The notes below the pieces were generated by a model that had not been told where the DNA came from, did not search any database, and saw nothing but the letters and a program-made list of their open reading frames with translations. Both the position numbers and the translations under genes were made by a program. Positions 24,441-35,093 of a DNA stretch of 64,000 bases are shown piece by piece. Each line of letters begins with the position of its first letter. Position 1 is the stretch's first letter. Location of the stretch: contig BAAIJX010000004.1 in assembly GCA_054600435.1 (NCBI GenBank), positions 1 to 64,000 of the forward strand. Direction: 5' to 3'. Source of the stretch: Neophaeotheca triangularis. Its lineage: Eukaryota.

Positions 24441-25262
24441 CTAAAGCGCAATCAAACCGACAACAACAGCTACGACGGCGACAACACCACCGACGACACC
24501 AGACTTGGCAGCTCCGCCCTCGAAAGCCACCGGGTCAGGACTTCCAGTCGCAATGCTGATGTTGGTATAGTGAGTAGCCGTGGCGATACCGTCATTAGTT
24601 TCGACATTGACTGTCTCTAGAGGAGTAGTGAGAACGTTGATGCTAATGGTTGCGGAAGGCGTGAGAATGGTGTTGGTTACGACAGGGTCAGAGTATGGAA
24701 GCCCGGGAATCTCTGCGGTAGTCATAACGGACGCGGTCCCGGTGTAAAGAGTCTCAAAGGTCAGCTGGGTAGCCGTTGTAGTCACCGGGGTGAAGTCGGG
24801 AAGTGGTTCGAAAGAGCCGGTGATGACCGTCGTGTAATCGGGGCGGGGTGAGTTGACTACGGGGGAGCCATAGTCGAGGGTTGTGTAGACCCGGGTGGAA
24901 GCTCTGTCGCCAGACCCGACCTCGTTCACGATGATACCGGTCTTAGGGAGAGGCTCGGAATACGCAGCGGTGAGGGGCACGAGGCTAGTGTAGATGCGTC
25001 CGTTGTCGCCGACTGAGATTATGGTGTTGGCGTCGCTGGTAGGAGCCTGTTCTGGAGCTTTCGCAAGCACAATGCTTGTGGCGGTGCCAGGGACCGGTGC
25101 TGGCGTGCTGTTTGGATCGAGCGAGACGATCTGTACAGTCTCGGTTAGACCGGTGAGCGTGTTGATTTCAACGTCGCCATCGTTTTGAGAACCGTAAGGT
25201 GTCTGTTGTGCGCGGATGGCCAAGGGCAGTGCTGCGATGGCGATGGCGTGGTAGGACTTCAT
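24441..25262 (-). CDS. Secreted Thr/Ser/Pro-rich, probably GPI-anchored cell-surface protein
   Basis: Signal peptide MKSYHAIAIAALPLAIRA; Thr-rich body; C-terminal FEGGAAKSG followed by hydrophobic VVGGVVAVVAVVVGLIAL. Confidence 0.85.
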   Translation of the reverse strand: MKSYHAIAIAALPLAIRAQQTPYGSQNDGDVEINTLTGLTETVQIVSLDPNSTPAPVPGTATSIVLAKAPEQAPTSDANTIISVGDNGRIYTSLVPLTAAYSEPLPKTGIIVNEVGSGDRASTRVYTTLDYGSPVVNSPRPDYTTVITGSFEPLPDFTPVTTTATQLTFETLYTGTASVMTTAEIPGLPYSDPVVTNTILTPSATISINVLTTPLETVNVETNDGIATATHYTNISIATGSPDPVAFEGGAAKSGVVGGVVAVVAVVVGLIAL

Positions 25263-25873
25263 GGTGTGTTGAGTGAAGCGAGAGACTGAGCTGCAGTTTA
25301 AATGTCAAGGGAAACGATCGACGAGGTGAGAGGCGACTGACGAGACGTGTCTTGTCAAGGTAGAACACGCCTCTTTATATCTTCCAACTAAAACCCGGTG
25401 TACATTAACCACGCCATGACTGCGTCTTATGTGACTGGTTGTGTCTGCTTCTGAGCAAACCTCGAGGACGATGCTTGGCAATCTTGAGAGCCAGCAGTTA
25501 AGGATTCTAGGTTGGCGTATGCAGAATGAACGAGCAAACGGAAGAAGATCGACCAAAGTTAGAATTGAATAGAGAAGAGTCATTCGCGGGGAGGTGAGGA
25601 GAAGCTTCAACGGAGTGCATATCGTCCTTCTTGAGCCTCAGCCGCCAGCACATGTCTCGTTCCGCGGAGGAAGCCAAGAGGCACCATTCGAGACGTTGCT
25701 CAACTTTCCCAGTCTCCATATGAACTATACGAATCCTTTCCGTTACACTGTCTTGGAACGCAGAACTCACAATGCCATACAGCAAATGCACGCAGAGCGA
25801 CACTCTCCAAGACAACGGCTGTTACTCCCGTCAATGCCGTCAATACATCTAACCATCGAACTCAGCCTTGCTG

Positions 25874-26852
25874 TCAGCCCCCCAACGTCCCCGGGAAAGC
25901 CTTGTGCTTGTTCCTCTCCCACCAAAGCTCCTCGTGCGCAGCAATCAGCTCCACTTGACCATCTGACATGTCCTGCAGCGCTCTCAACCTTCTAATCGAC
26001 TCCGCCGCAGCCTCTTTGTCGAGGTGAATGCAAAGCGTGTTGCCCTCGGCACCTTGCCATGTCCCGATTCCCCTCTCACCGGTCAACAATCTTCTATCGT
26101 GGAAAGCATCGCCACATAGACAGATCCAAGCCTCTCTTGTCCGGCACAAAAGGTTCAAATGTCCGGGCAAGTGACCCGGCATGTCCAACACAAAAACACT
26201 GCCATCACCGAAAAGATCCAAAGCCGCAGGGAATGGTCCGAGGGTTTGCCATTCCTTCGAGGTTCGAGGATCGGGCAGCTCACTCGCTCGTTCAGCCGGT
26301 AGCGTACCCGGGACGAAATGTTGATGAGAAGCAATCGCACCAAGTCCATGCTCGATCACTTCCAAAGCACCGTGCCCGACAACGAATTTGCTGTTTGGGA
26401 AGAACTCCTACGCCAAAGCATTAGTTAAGAATCTGCAACGGCGTCATCTCCAGGCCTACCGGATCACCGTGATGGTCGTAATGGACGTGGCTCAACATCA
26501 CCATATCGATGTCCACGGGGTCCAGTCCTCCTTCTTTCAGCTGCGCAGCAACACCAGGGGCCAGCTGATGGGGTGACCTGCCGTCAATGTGCTTCTGCAA
26601 AACTTGTGGGTAGCGTTCTTTGGCCGATCGCAAACCCAGATCAAACATCAAACGGAAGGGTTTGCTCGGATCGGAGTCAAAGGCCGTTGTCCCTGGGTGT
26701 TGGATCAAGAATACTAGAGATGGGACTGTCCGTTTGGCACCGGGCTCGGCTGGGTCGACGAAGAAGCGATCTTCGAGCGTTATGAAACCGCCTGCCATTG
26801 GCGAGATTGTGACATATTTCTGATCGGGCTCAGGGGAAGGAAGCATGGCCAT
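25874..26852 (-). CDS. Metallo-beta-lactamase fold hydrolase (AHL-lactonase-like)
   Basis: LMFDLGLR, SHVHYDHHGDP (HxHxDH), DLFGDGSV..LDMPGHLPGH, GDAFH and AHE; one intron near 26401-26456. Confidence 0.92.
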
Positions 26853-27675
26853 GTTATAATCGACTACGATGATCAATCTCGACGAATCGCTTATTGCTTG
26901 ACAACTTTTTCGATGGAAGGTAAATGCAGAAACAAGATCAGCGACGGGTTTTCACAGGAGCGTTCAATCTAGCTTCTCGACGATCGAACCCGCCCAAACT
27001 CACATATTTCGCAACACTGCCCTGCTTAAAGAGGTAGCACGGTATGTACCTGAGTACATACGCTTATTAGAAAGACGGCATCACCCATGCGATGACCCCG
27101 CTTGAGTGGTCGGAAAACGAGGGGTAGACAGTCAGTCGTACAGGTGAAGCTCAACGAGGGGCAAACGACAGACGATCTACATCTGACCCAACAACGACAA
27201 CCACTAGTCCGACTTCGCAAATCATAAACGGTAAGTAATCTTGCGCCTAGACCGCGATGTACAACACGGACGACACTAGAGCCATGCTCATCACCATCCT
27301 GGAACCAGCCAGCCAGGAGAGACGTACATACCCAGGTAAGCAAGTAAATGTTCTTCTACTCTCCTCCTACTACTACTACCTCCTACTCTCCTCCTTCCCA
27401 ATTTGACAGCGGCCCATACTCATCATCATCTGTCAATCCACCCCCCCGGCCTAGCAGAGCTCAAAGCAACAACAGTGGCCACATACATACACACCCGTGT
27501 CTCGAAACCCCCACTCTCAAAAGCCCAATGCAAACCCAACCTCGCCACTGCAACAAACAATAAACGGTATAGATACGTGACGGAAGCGCCGTCTACGGGT
27601 AGGTCCGAGCCTGAATGGGGAAGACGCTTATGGGTCGTCGTTTTGAAAACTGCGATGCGATTCGATGCGATGCTG

Positions 27676-27705
27676 TCTTGTCTTGTCTTGTCTTGTCTTG
27701 CCTTG
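27676..27705. repeat. (TCTTG)5-6 microsatellite
   Basis: tcttg x5 plus ccttg; followed by G9-T-G9 at 27762-27780. Confidence 0.9.
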
Positions 27706-27854
27706 TCGGAACCGGGGCAGCGAGTTGGGTGTGCATGTCATGGGAGGGGGTAGGTGGCTCTGGGGGGGGGTGGGGGGGGGAGGAGGAGGTTTCCGAGGTC
27801 GTAGTGTAAGCTGCGGCGTGTTGTGGGGCTCCCTGCTAGTATTAAGGAGTTAAG

Positions 27855-28292
27855 ATTACGGAGAATGCGTTAGTAGAGTAGAGGGAGGAGTATTAGGGGG
27901 AGGGGTTTAGGGTTACGGAGAAGGCGTTAGCGGAGTAGAGCCCAGAAGAGTATTAGAAAGAGGGAGGTGTGTTAGAGGGAGGGGTTTAGGAGTAGAGAAA
28001 GCGTTAGCGGAGTAGAGTAAGGAGCGTTAAGAGGGAGGTGTTTAGGGTTACGGAGAAGGCGTTAGCGGAGTAGAGCCCTAGAAGAGTATTAGAAAGAGGG
28101 AGGTGTGTTAGAGGGAGGGGTTTAGGAGTAGAGAAAGCGTTAGCGGATTAGAGGTAGGAGTGTTAGATAGAGGGGTTGAAGAGCGGAGAAGGGGTTGGCG
28201 GAGAGGAGGGAGGAGTATTAGAGGGAGGGAGGGGCTTGAGGTTGCGGAGAAGGCGTTGGCGGAGTGGAAGGAGGAGTGTTAGAGGGAAGGGC
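27855..28292. repeat. Purine-rich minisatellite (unit about 55-75 bp, about 7 copies) with a higher-order duplication of about 135-bp period
   Basis: Recurring core GGAGAAGGCGTT(A/G)GCGGAGT(A/G)GA; 27905-28010 is nearly identical to 28040-28146. Confidence 0.9.
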
Positions 28293-28577
28293 TAAGTGGG
28301 GAAAAGGATGTGGATGTGAGGGAGAGGATGAATTTGGGGGATGATGTCTAAGGTACATAAGATTGAGACGGAGGATGAAACATCCAGAGGGGGGAACCGC
28401 CCATCTTTTGCTGCTCATGCGATACCGCTACTTGGAAGAAAAGACCGTAAAATCGTGCTCTGAACGTAACTCGTATCCATGCTTCGTCAACACTCCAGCC
28501 TCCCGAGGTCGCTTTAATCCATCAACTTATTACTCTGCACTCCTCTCACTCCCCTCATTCCACCCACCTACACCTCT

Positions 28578-31562
28578 CTACTCTTTCCTCCTAGGCGGCA
28601 AAGGCTCCGCATTCCAAATCTCCTGCGCATACTCCTCAATGCAGCGATCACTAGAAAAGAAACCCATCCTCGCAACGGCCGTAATCGTCTTCGTCAACCA
28701 CTCCTCCTGATTCCCATAAGCCCTATCAATCAACTCCTGAGTCTCGACGTACGACTTGAAATCATCCGACACGAGGTAGAAATCGCCATGTTCGACAATG
28801 GAATTGACGAGAGCGGAGAATTGCTGCGAGTCGCCGAAGCGGCCGTTACGGATGGCGTCGAAGACACGTTGCAGCATTGGGTCCAGTTGGAAGGAGCCCG
28901 AGTAGTTGTGGGCGTGGCGTAGGTCTTCGACGTCTTCGGCTAGGTTGCCGAAGAGGAAGATGTTGTCCTCGCCAATTTCGCGGGTGATTTCGACTGGGAG
29001 TCATGTTAGCGGAGAGGCTGGCTGAGGGATGGGTGGGAAGGCTTACTGTTGGCGCCGTCGCAGGTGCCAATGATCAGGCCACCATTGAGTACAAACTGGG
29101 CAATCGTTAGCTCAAGCTCGGATAAACCTACTCTCCCTCATACCCACTCCTCTGCCATTCTCACCAAGACCACTACCAGGATCAAAACAAAAAAAGACGG
29201 AAAAACTCACCTTCATGTTACTCGTCCCACTCGCCTCCGTCCCAGCAGTAGAAATGTGCTCACTAACGTCACTAGCAGGGACAATAATCTCTGCCTTGGA
29301 AACATTGTAATCCTCCAAAAACACAACCTTCAGGGCATCTCCAATCTCCTTGTCATTATTGACAACCTCTCCGACCTTGTTGACAAGGTGGATAACCATC
29401 TTCGCCATCCAGTAGCCAGGAGCCGCTTTGCCGCCAAAAATGGAGACGCGCGGTTGGGCCTTTTTGCGCTGCTCGGAGGTCATGGCTTTGAGCTCGAGGT
29501 AGCGGTGGATAACGCCGAAGATGTTGAGTTGTTGGCGTTTGTACTCGTGAATGCGCTTGACTTGAATGTCGAAAAGGGCGGCCGGGTTGACCGTCACGTT
29601 GTTGGCTTCCTTGATGTACTTTGCCAGGCGGACTTTGTTAGCGTACTTGATCTCCTGGAATTCTTTACGGAAGTCTGCGTCGTCGGTGTAATTCTCGAGT
29701 TTGTGAAGGAGCGTTAGGTCTGTGAGGAAGTCGTGACCGCCGAGTTTGGAGGCTATGAGCTCGGAGAGGCGTGGATTGGCTTGGTGCAGCCAGCGGCGGG
29801 GAGTAATGCCATTGGTGACATTGGTGAACTTGTCGGGCCCGTAGATTTTGACAAAGTCTTTGAAAATGGTTGTGCGCACCAAGTCAGAGTGCAGTTCAGC
29901 AACACCGTTGACTTTGTGGCTACCAATGACTGCCAGGAAAGCCATGCGAACCATTTTGGGTTGGGATTCTTCGATGATCGAGACTCTTCCGAGCATCTCC
30001 CTGTCTTTGGGATTGGTGCGCTCGACGAATTGCAAAAAGTGCATGTTGATGTCGTAGATGATTTGGAGGTGGCGAGGGAGTAAGTGTTGGATGAGCGGTA
30101 CGGACCACTTCTCCAACGCCTCGGGCATGACGGTGTGGTTGGTGTAGCCAAAGGTTTTCTGGACAATTGACCAAGCCTCGTCCCAATCGAGACCCTCCTC
30201 GTCGAGCAGAATACGCTGCAACTCCGGAATTGCCAGGGTAGGATGGGTGTCGTTGAGCTGGATGGCGACCTGGTTTGGAAATTCTTTCCACGCCTTGTTG
30301 GATTTCTTGAAACGCCTGACAATGTCGAAGAGCGAAGCAGCACACCAAAAGTACTGCTGCTTCAGACGAAGCTCTTTTCCACGCTCCAAGTTATCGTTGG
30401 GGTAAAGCACCGCGGAAATGGTCTCCGCACGCTGCTGATCGGCAACAGAGCTCTCGTACTCGCCCGAGTTGAACTTTGTGAAATCAAACTCCCCACCCGA
30501 AGCCTTGCTCGACCACATGCGAAGGTTGTTGGTAGTGCTAGTCCCGTATCCGGGTACAGGCGCATCATACGCCACGGCAGTGACAATCTCGCCATTCTCC
30601 CAGACACTGACCTGCTTGCCGTTATCGTCCGTGTACTTGCGGACATTGCCGTAGAACTGAATGTCCACGGTAACGTCGTGTCGCGGAAACTCCCAAGGGT
30701 TGAAGTCAAGCCAGTAGTCGGGAATTTCAACCTGGTAGCCGTCGACGATCTGCTGCTTGAAAATGCCGTAGCGGTATCGCAAAGCGTACCCCCAAGCCGG
30801 GTAGTTCATGGTTGCCAGCGAGTCGAGGAAGCAGGCCGCGAGACGGCCGAGGCCACCATTTCCCAGCGCAGCATCACGCTCTTGAGAGATGAGGTCTTCC
30901 ATGCGGAAGCCCAAGTCAGACACACCATCTCTTGCAATATCCTTCATGCCCGTATTCAGCATAGCATTGTCGAGGGCCCGACCCATGAGAAATTCGAGGG
31001 AGAGGTAGTAGACCCGCTTCTGATCAGCAGTCGTCTGGTGCTGCTGCGTCTTGTTCCATTCGATGACCAAGCGATCACGGAAAGCGAGGGCAGTGCCAGC
31101 ATAGCCGGCAGCTTCGTCACAGTTGAAGAGAGAGCGGGCGAGGGACGTCTCGATATGCCGGACCATTTCCGCCTCGAACTCATCTTTTGTCTTAAACTCG
31201 CGGGCGGAGAACTTCTTCCATCTGTGGGAGTTGGAGAGTCAGCCAATGCCTTGAAAGACAAGCATGCCCAACAGCCCCTTACAATCCCAATGGCTCAAGA
31301 GACGACACTTACGCTGCCCTCTGCGGCTCGGGCACGCTGGCCTCGACTTTGGCCTTGTCGCTCGCACCGAGACCCGTGACGGACCTGTTCAGACACACGA
31401 CATCAGCAATACCGAACCTTCAGTCTTTAATTCATTCATGTCGATCAACACAAACCTAATATGTTTCGGCCTGGTAACAGCAGGTGGAGCAACAGGACCC
31501 TGCAAATCACTGATAGGCGCCGAAGAGCTCGGCTTCCTCTCCCGCGTCGTCGTCGTCGCCAT
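28578..31562 (-). CDS. GPH1: Glycogen phosphorylase
   Basis: YYLSLEFLMGR, ALGNGGLGRLAACFLDS, QLNDTHP, VNGVAELHS, NVTNGITPRRWL, QVKRIHEYKRQ, EASGTSNMK (PLP lysine), small exon FVLNGGLIIGTCDGAN and FSSDRCIEEYA; several introns. Confidence 0.98.
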
Positions 31563-31585
31563 TGCTGCTGCTGCTGCTGCTGCTG
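31563..31585 (-). repeat. (CAG)7-8 trinucleotide repeat directly before the GPH1 start codon
   Basis: Plus strand tgctgctgctgctgctgctgctg adjacent to CAT at 31560-31562. Confidence 0.9.
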
Positions 31586-31916
31586 AATCGTACACGAGAG
31601 TCTTGAATTCGAAAGGAGGAAGTGGGAAGATGACGTGTAGGTGGAGGTGGGAGAGGAAAGGTAGATCAGGTACAAAGGGAGCGAGAAGTATACCTAGGTA
31701 GGTAGGTACGTGAAGTTGGGTGACATTGTTGAGGCTCTGGCAAGCCACTCGATGGGCCTGGGCAGGCACCCGTGGACTTCACTCAGCATGGAAACCAACG
31801 CAACCCGATGAGGTGCAGGTGGTGACCGGGCAAAGTTGGTGATACCTTGAAGAATACCTTACCTTACCTACCTACTCCCTGCACGGCGGATGCGGGTGGG
31901 TCCAATCGCGTGAGTT

Positions 31917-31947
31917 CTGGGGTGAGAGCGCGTGGGGTGATGCGGGG
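31917..31947 (+). promoter_or_regulatory. Cluster of three CreA/Cre1-type SYGGRG sites upstream of GPH1
   Basis: CTGGGG 31917-22, GTGGGG 31932-37 and GCGGGG 31942-47, about 360-385 bp upstream of the ATG; function inferred. Confidence 0.45.
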
Positions 31948-32424
31948 TTGCAACGGCTTCCATTGCCCTGTCGTTGAGGTCTAGATTTCGTTATTGGGTA
32001 CCGTGAGCGAGCATGTGATTGTTTGTGTACCTAACTACTGTACCTGCGTATCGGTTTATACCATGACTTGTGGCATGATTGCGTGCGTGTTAAATACCCA
32101 TGGACGTTAGCGTGAGTGTCGGTGTGGGTGTGGGCTTCTTTAAAAGACGAGACCACTATACCTGTATGGTCAATTTTCAAGAGACATTGGCTAGCTGATA
32201 TGGCACCACCGTTAAAAGCAAAAGACTGTCTCATTCCCAAATCATAATCTATGGGGGTATCTCAATACTAGCGAGTGTGAAAAAATGCCGTTGTCGCCCC
32301 AGACTCCACGCTTTAGACCGACATGCAAAGCCAGCGCTCCATAAAATTCAAAGACCCCGTGCGAAAAACGCCCTTCAATGCAAGCCTCAATCTCTCAGCC
32401 AGTCCCAGCTTTCCTGACCTCCCA

Positions 32425-33291
32425 CTAGAACTCCGGCGTAGGTAGTCCATTCCTCCAAGTCCAATTGATCCCAGCCGCCACCCTCAGAGTACGACAAACC
32501 GAATCGGAGCAGGGCCCACGCGTCAACCCGCACCTAAAGGTCTGGTACTCCACATCCATCTCCACCATATCAGAGACGAAAGGCGGCAAAGTGGTCCTAC
32601 CGCCGTCCAACATCCACGTGCCAAACTGCAGGGCATAGTTGGTCGTGTGCCAGGATAGACGCCAATCGAGCATCTCCAGGATGGCTAAGACGCTGCGGTT
32701 GAGACGGCGGGCGGTGAACATGCCGTAGCACGCGTTATCGGCCCATTCCTTGGCGGGTGGCGCATCGTCGTAGTAGTGGCCCATGGCGATTTTGGCGCAG
32801 GCTGCGACTGTCAGAAGCACGGGCTGTTCGGACCACTTGTGGGGGTAAGCGCGGCGGGTCTCTGTCAGGGCCACGAGGATGTTGTAGGTCATGGCTTCCA
32901 CGTGCTTGTCGAGGCGGATATTCCAGAGCAGGTTGCGAACATGGTGAAATTCGCTGACGGTGGGGATGTGTGGCCTGCGGGACTCAAAGGCGAAGATGGC
33001 GGCAATGCGGGTCTCAGTGTCGGGTTGTTGGTTGGCGGTGATTGCGCGGGCCTCGTAGTCGAACCCTCTATCGGGAAGTTCGGTGAGATCCATTCCTTCA
33101 GGAGTGGAAGGGGTTGTGTCTGTAGTTTGCGGCGGTGTAGGATAGGAGGTCTTGGTTGGCGGTGACTTGGATGGTGGTGGTGTTGGAAGGCTTGACAGTT
33201 TGCCTTGTGCGTTCAATAGAGCGTCCAGATCTTCATCCGATAACTGTGGTGATGGTGGATACTCCATCCTGGAATCCATACTGATAGCCAT
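32425..33291 (-). CDS. Cyclin-fold protein (divergent Pcl/Pho80/Clg1-like)
   Basis: Intronless; PEST-like Pro/Thr N-terminus; LLTVAACAKIA...YYDD...KEWA...FTARRLNRSVLAILEMLDWRL resembles the end of the Pho85-cyclin box; start codon uncertain. Confidence 0.65.
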   Translation of the reverse strand: MAISMDSRMEYPPSPQLSDEDLDALLNAQGKLSSLPTPPPSKSPPTKTSYPTPPQTTDTTPSTPEGMDLTELPDRGFDYEARAITANQQPDTETRIAAIFAFESRRPHIPTVSEFHHVRNLLWNIRLDKHVEAMTYNILVALTETRRAYPHKWSEQPVLLTVAACAKIAMGHYYDDAPPAKEWADNACYGMFTARRLNRSVLAILEMLDWRLSWHTTNYALQFGTWMLDGGRTTLPPFVSDMVEMDVEYQTFRCGLTRGPCSDSVCRTLRVAAGINWTWRNGLPTPEF

Positions 33292-34095
33292 GTTTATATT
33301 TTGCCTGCCGTCCTCGCGATGCACGATGTCCTCAGAATGCTACAGGCGCAAAGCTGAGGACACCTGCAGAGGCTGGCTTGATGAGTAGGAGCTGAGTTGA
33401 GAGAGGAACAAAACGAGAGTAATAAAAAAAAGACATCCCTACCTTGGCCTTTCCAAGATGGTGGTATTGTCTGCTAGTCAGCATGGGCAATCGCCAAACT
33501 TTAAATGCCTATAATCCATCCCGACGGGACAAACCAGCTCCACGACGCCCACTTCCGTCCATGGGTTGATGTTCACACGCTATTAATCTTGCTCACCAGC
33601 ATCCATACATGAACAAACGAGAGCCCGCCGAGTCGTCTTCCCACGAGACACGCAATCCTTCAGACGAGCCCTTGAACGCTTGCCGAGAAGTGGAGAAGCG
33701 CAGTAGTCTTGTCTTTCGAACCGCTGCATCCGCGCGTGCAGACCGACTTTCTGTTGGGCGTCGCAATGGTTGGGTGTGAGAACGAGTCGGACAGTATTGT
33801 AAAGCCGGATGCGTCCTTTCTAATATCTTCCAGTGCAGTGAGTAGATAGTAGTAGTTGCTTAACTTACCTAGGTGCAGGTGTTGCGTGCCCTTGGAATTC
33901 TTTTGGATCCATCTGCCGAGGTTGAGATTTGAGGACAATGCCAAGCCGCTAGGGTCGGTCAGGGTTCGAGTTGGGGTTCTGTTCCTTCCGGACCCTAAGT
34001 ACATTCATATCGTCTGAGGTCCATGGTCGCCTGAACGTTTTAAAGCCCAATTATAACCTGATCTTATACGATATACGGTAAGGCACCGAAGAATC

Positions 34096-34152
34096 TGCCT
34101 TTCTAGTCTAGCGGTGCCTTTCTAGTCTAGCGGTGCCTTTCCAGTCTGGCGG
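34096..34152. repeat. 19-bp tandem repeat x3
   Basis: TGCCTTTCTAGTCTAGCGG x2 plus TGCCTTTCCAGTCTGGCGG. Confidence 0.92.
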
Positions 34153-35093
34153 AACATCCAATCCGTCGCACCCGCGTCTTCACATCATTCATGGATACCT
34201 CAAGGTTGAGAGTCCGTCAAAACAACAGTCGCCGCTTTTCTTCCATAAACATCTCAACATGCTCTAGTGCCAGTAGCGGTTAACTCGCGACCAGGAAGTC
34301 GAGCTGAGGACATTACTACACCAAAATACTCTGTATCTCGGAGCTTGTGAACCTGGAATTGCAAACTCTTTCTACCCCAAGGCTTGCACGCCATCTTGGA
34401 CTGGTTGTCGCAAGGCTAGGAGTTTTTATACTCATTTAAACGAGACACCACCACCTGCTCAGTAAGACGCGGGTATGACACGCGCATGGCCGACGGTCTC
34501 AGTGCTCTGTCCACCATGCGTCTGTATCGGCGAGGAGAGATTTGAATGGAAAGACTTTCGTAGCAGTTGCGGCATTGTTGTTGCGTGTGCCGCGATCTTT
34601 AGACTGCCATTTGAATTGCTTTCCCGCTGCGTGGAGCTGATATGAAGACATGTCAGTAGAGGCAAGTCGCTCGTGGCTAAGTTGAGAAGGAGAGGCATTT
34701 AAGAGACTTGGATTCCATCTAAGTTGATGAACAAACGAAGCAGCGAACCCGGCCCAAAGGCGGACAGATGAAACCCGAGGTCGAGCAAGGACTTGGAAGC
34801 AGACAAACAAAAAAGCCTCTCAGGACAAGCAGCGACACGAAATACCTAGGAAGGTGAATAATAATATCAAAGCCCCAACTGTCCATCAACCCAAGCCCCT
34901 CTCAACTCAATTCGAGCGAAGCGCAGGTAAGTCAAACAAACACACACCCAACATCCTGTGCCCAGAACCAAACCTCCGACCATCAAAACCCCATCGACCC
35001 GAATCCCGAATCCCGAATCCTGAATCAAACTCCCCTCTCTCATCCCCAAAAGCCCTCATCCTCCTCATAACTACCAAATCACCCAAGCCAAGC

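Noticed and set aside
5504..26852. Starship giant transposon as carrier of the HET, NLR and metabolic genes
   Set aside because: No tyrosine recombinase captain gene or element boundaries visible in the window.
30243..31379. 378-aa and other + strand ORFs overlapping GPH1
   Set aside because: Antisense shadows of a strongly biased, highly conserved gene.
33955..33985. GGTTCGAGT B-box or tRNA T-loop-like motif (similar one near 23875)
   Set aside because: Flanks do not pair into a T-stem and no cloverleaf is visible.
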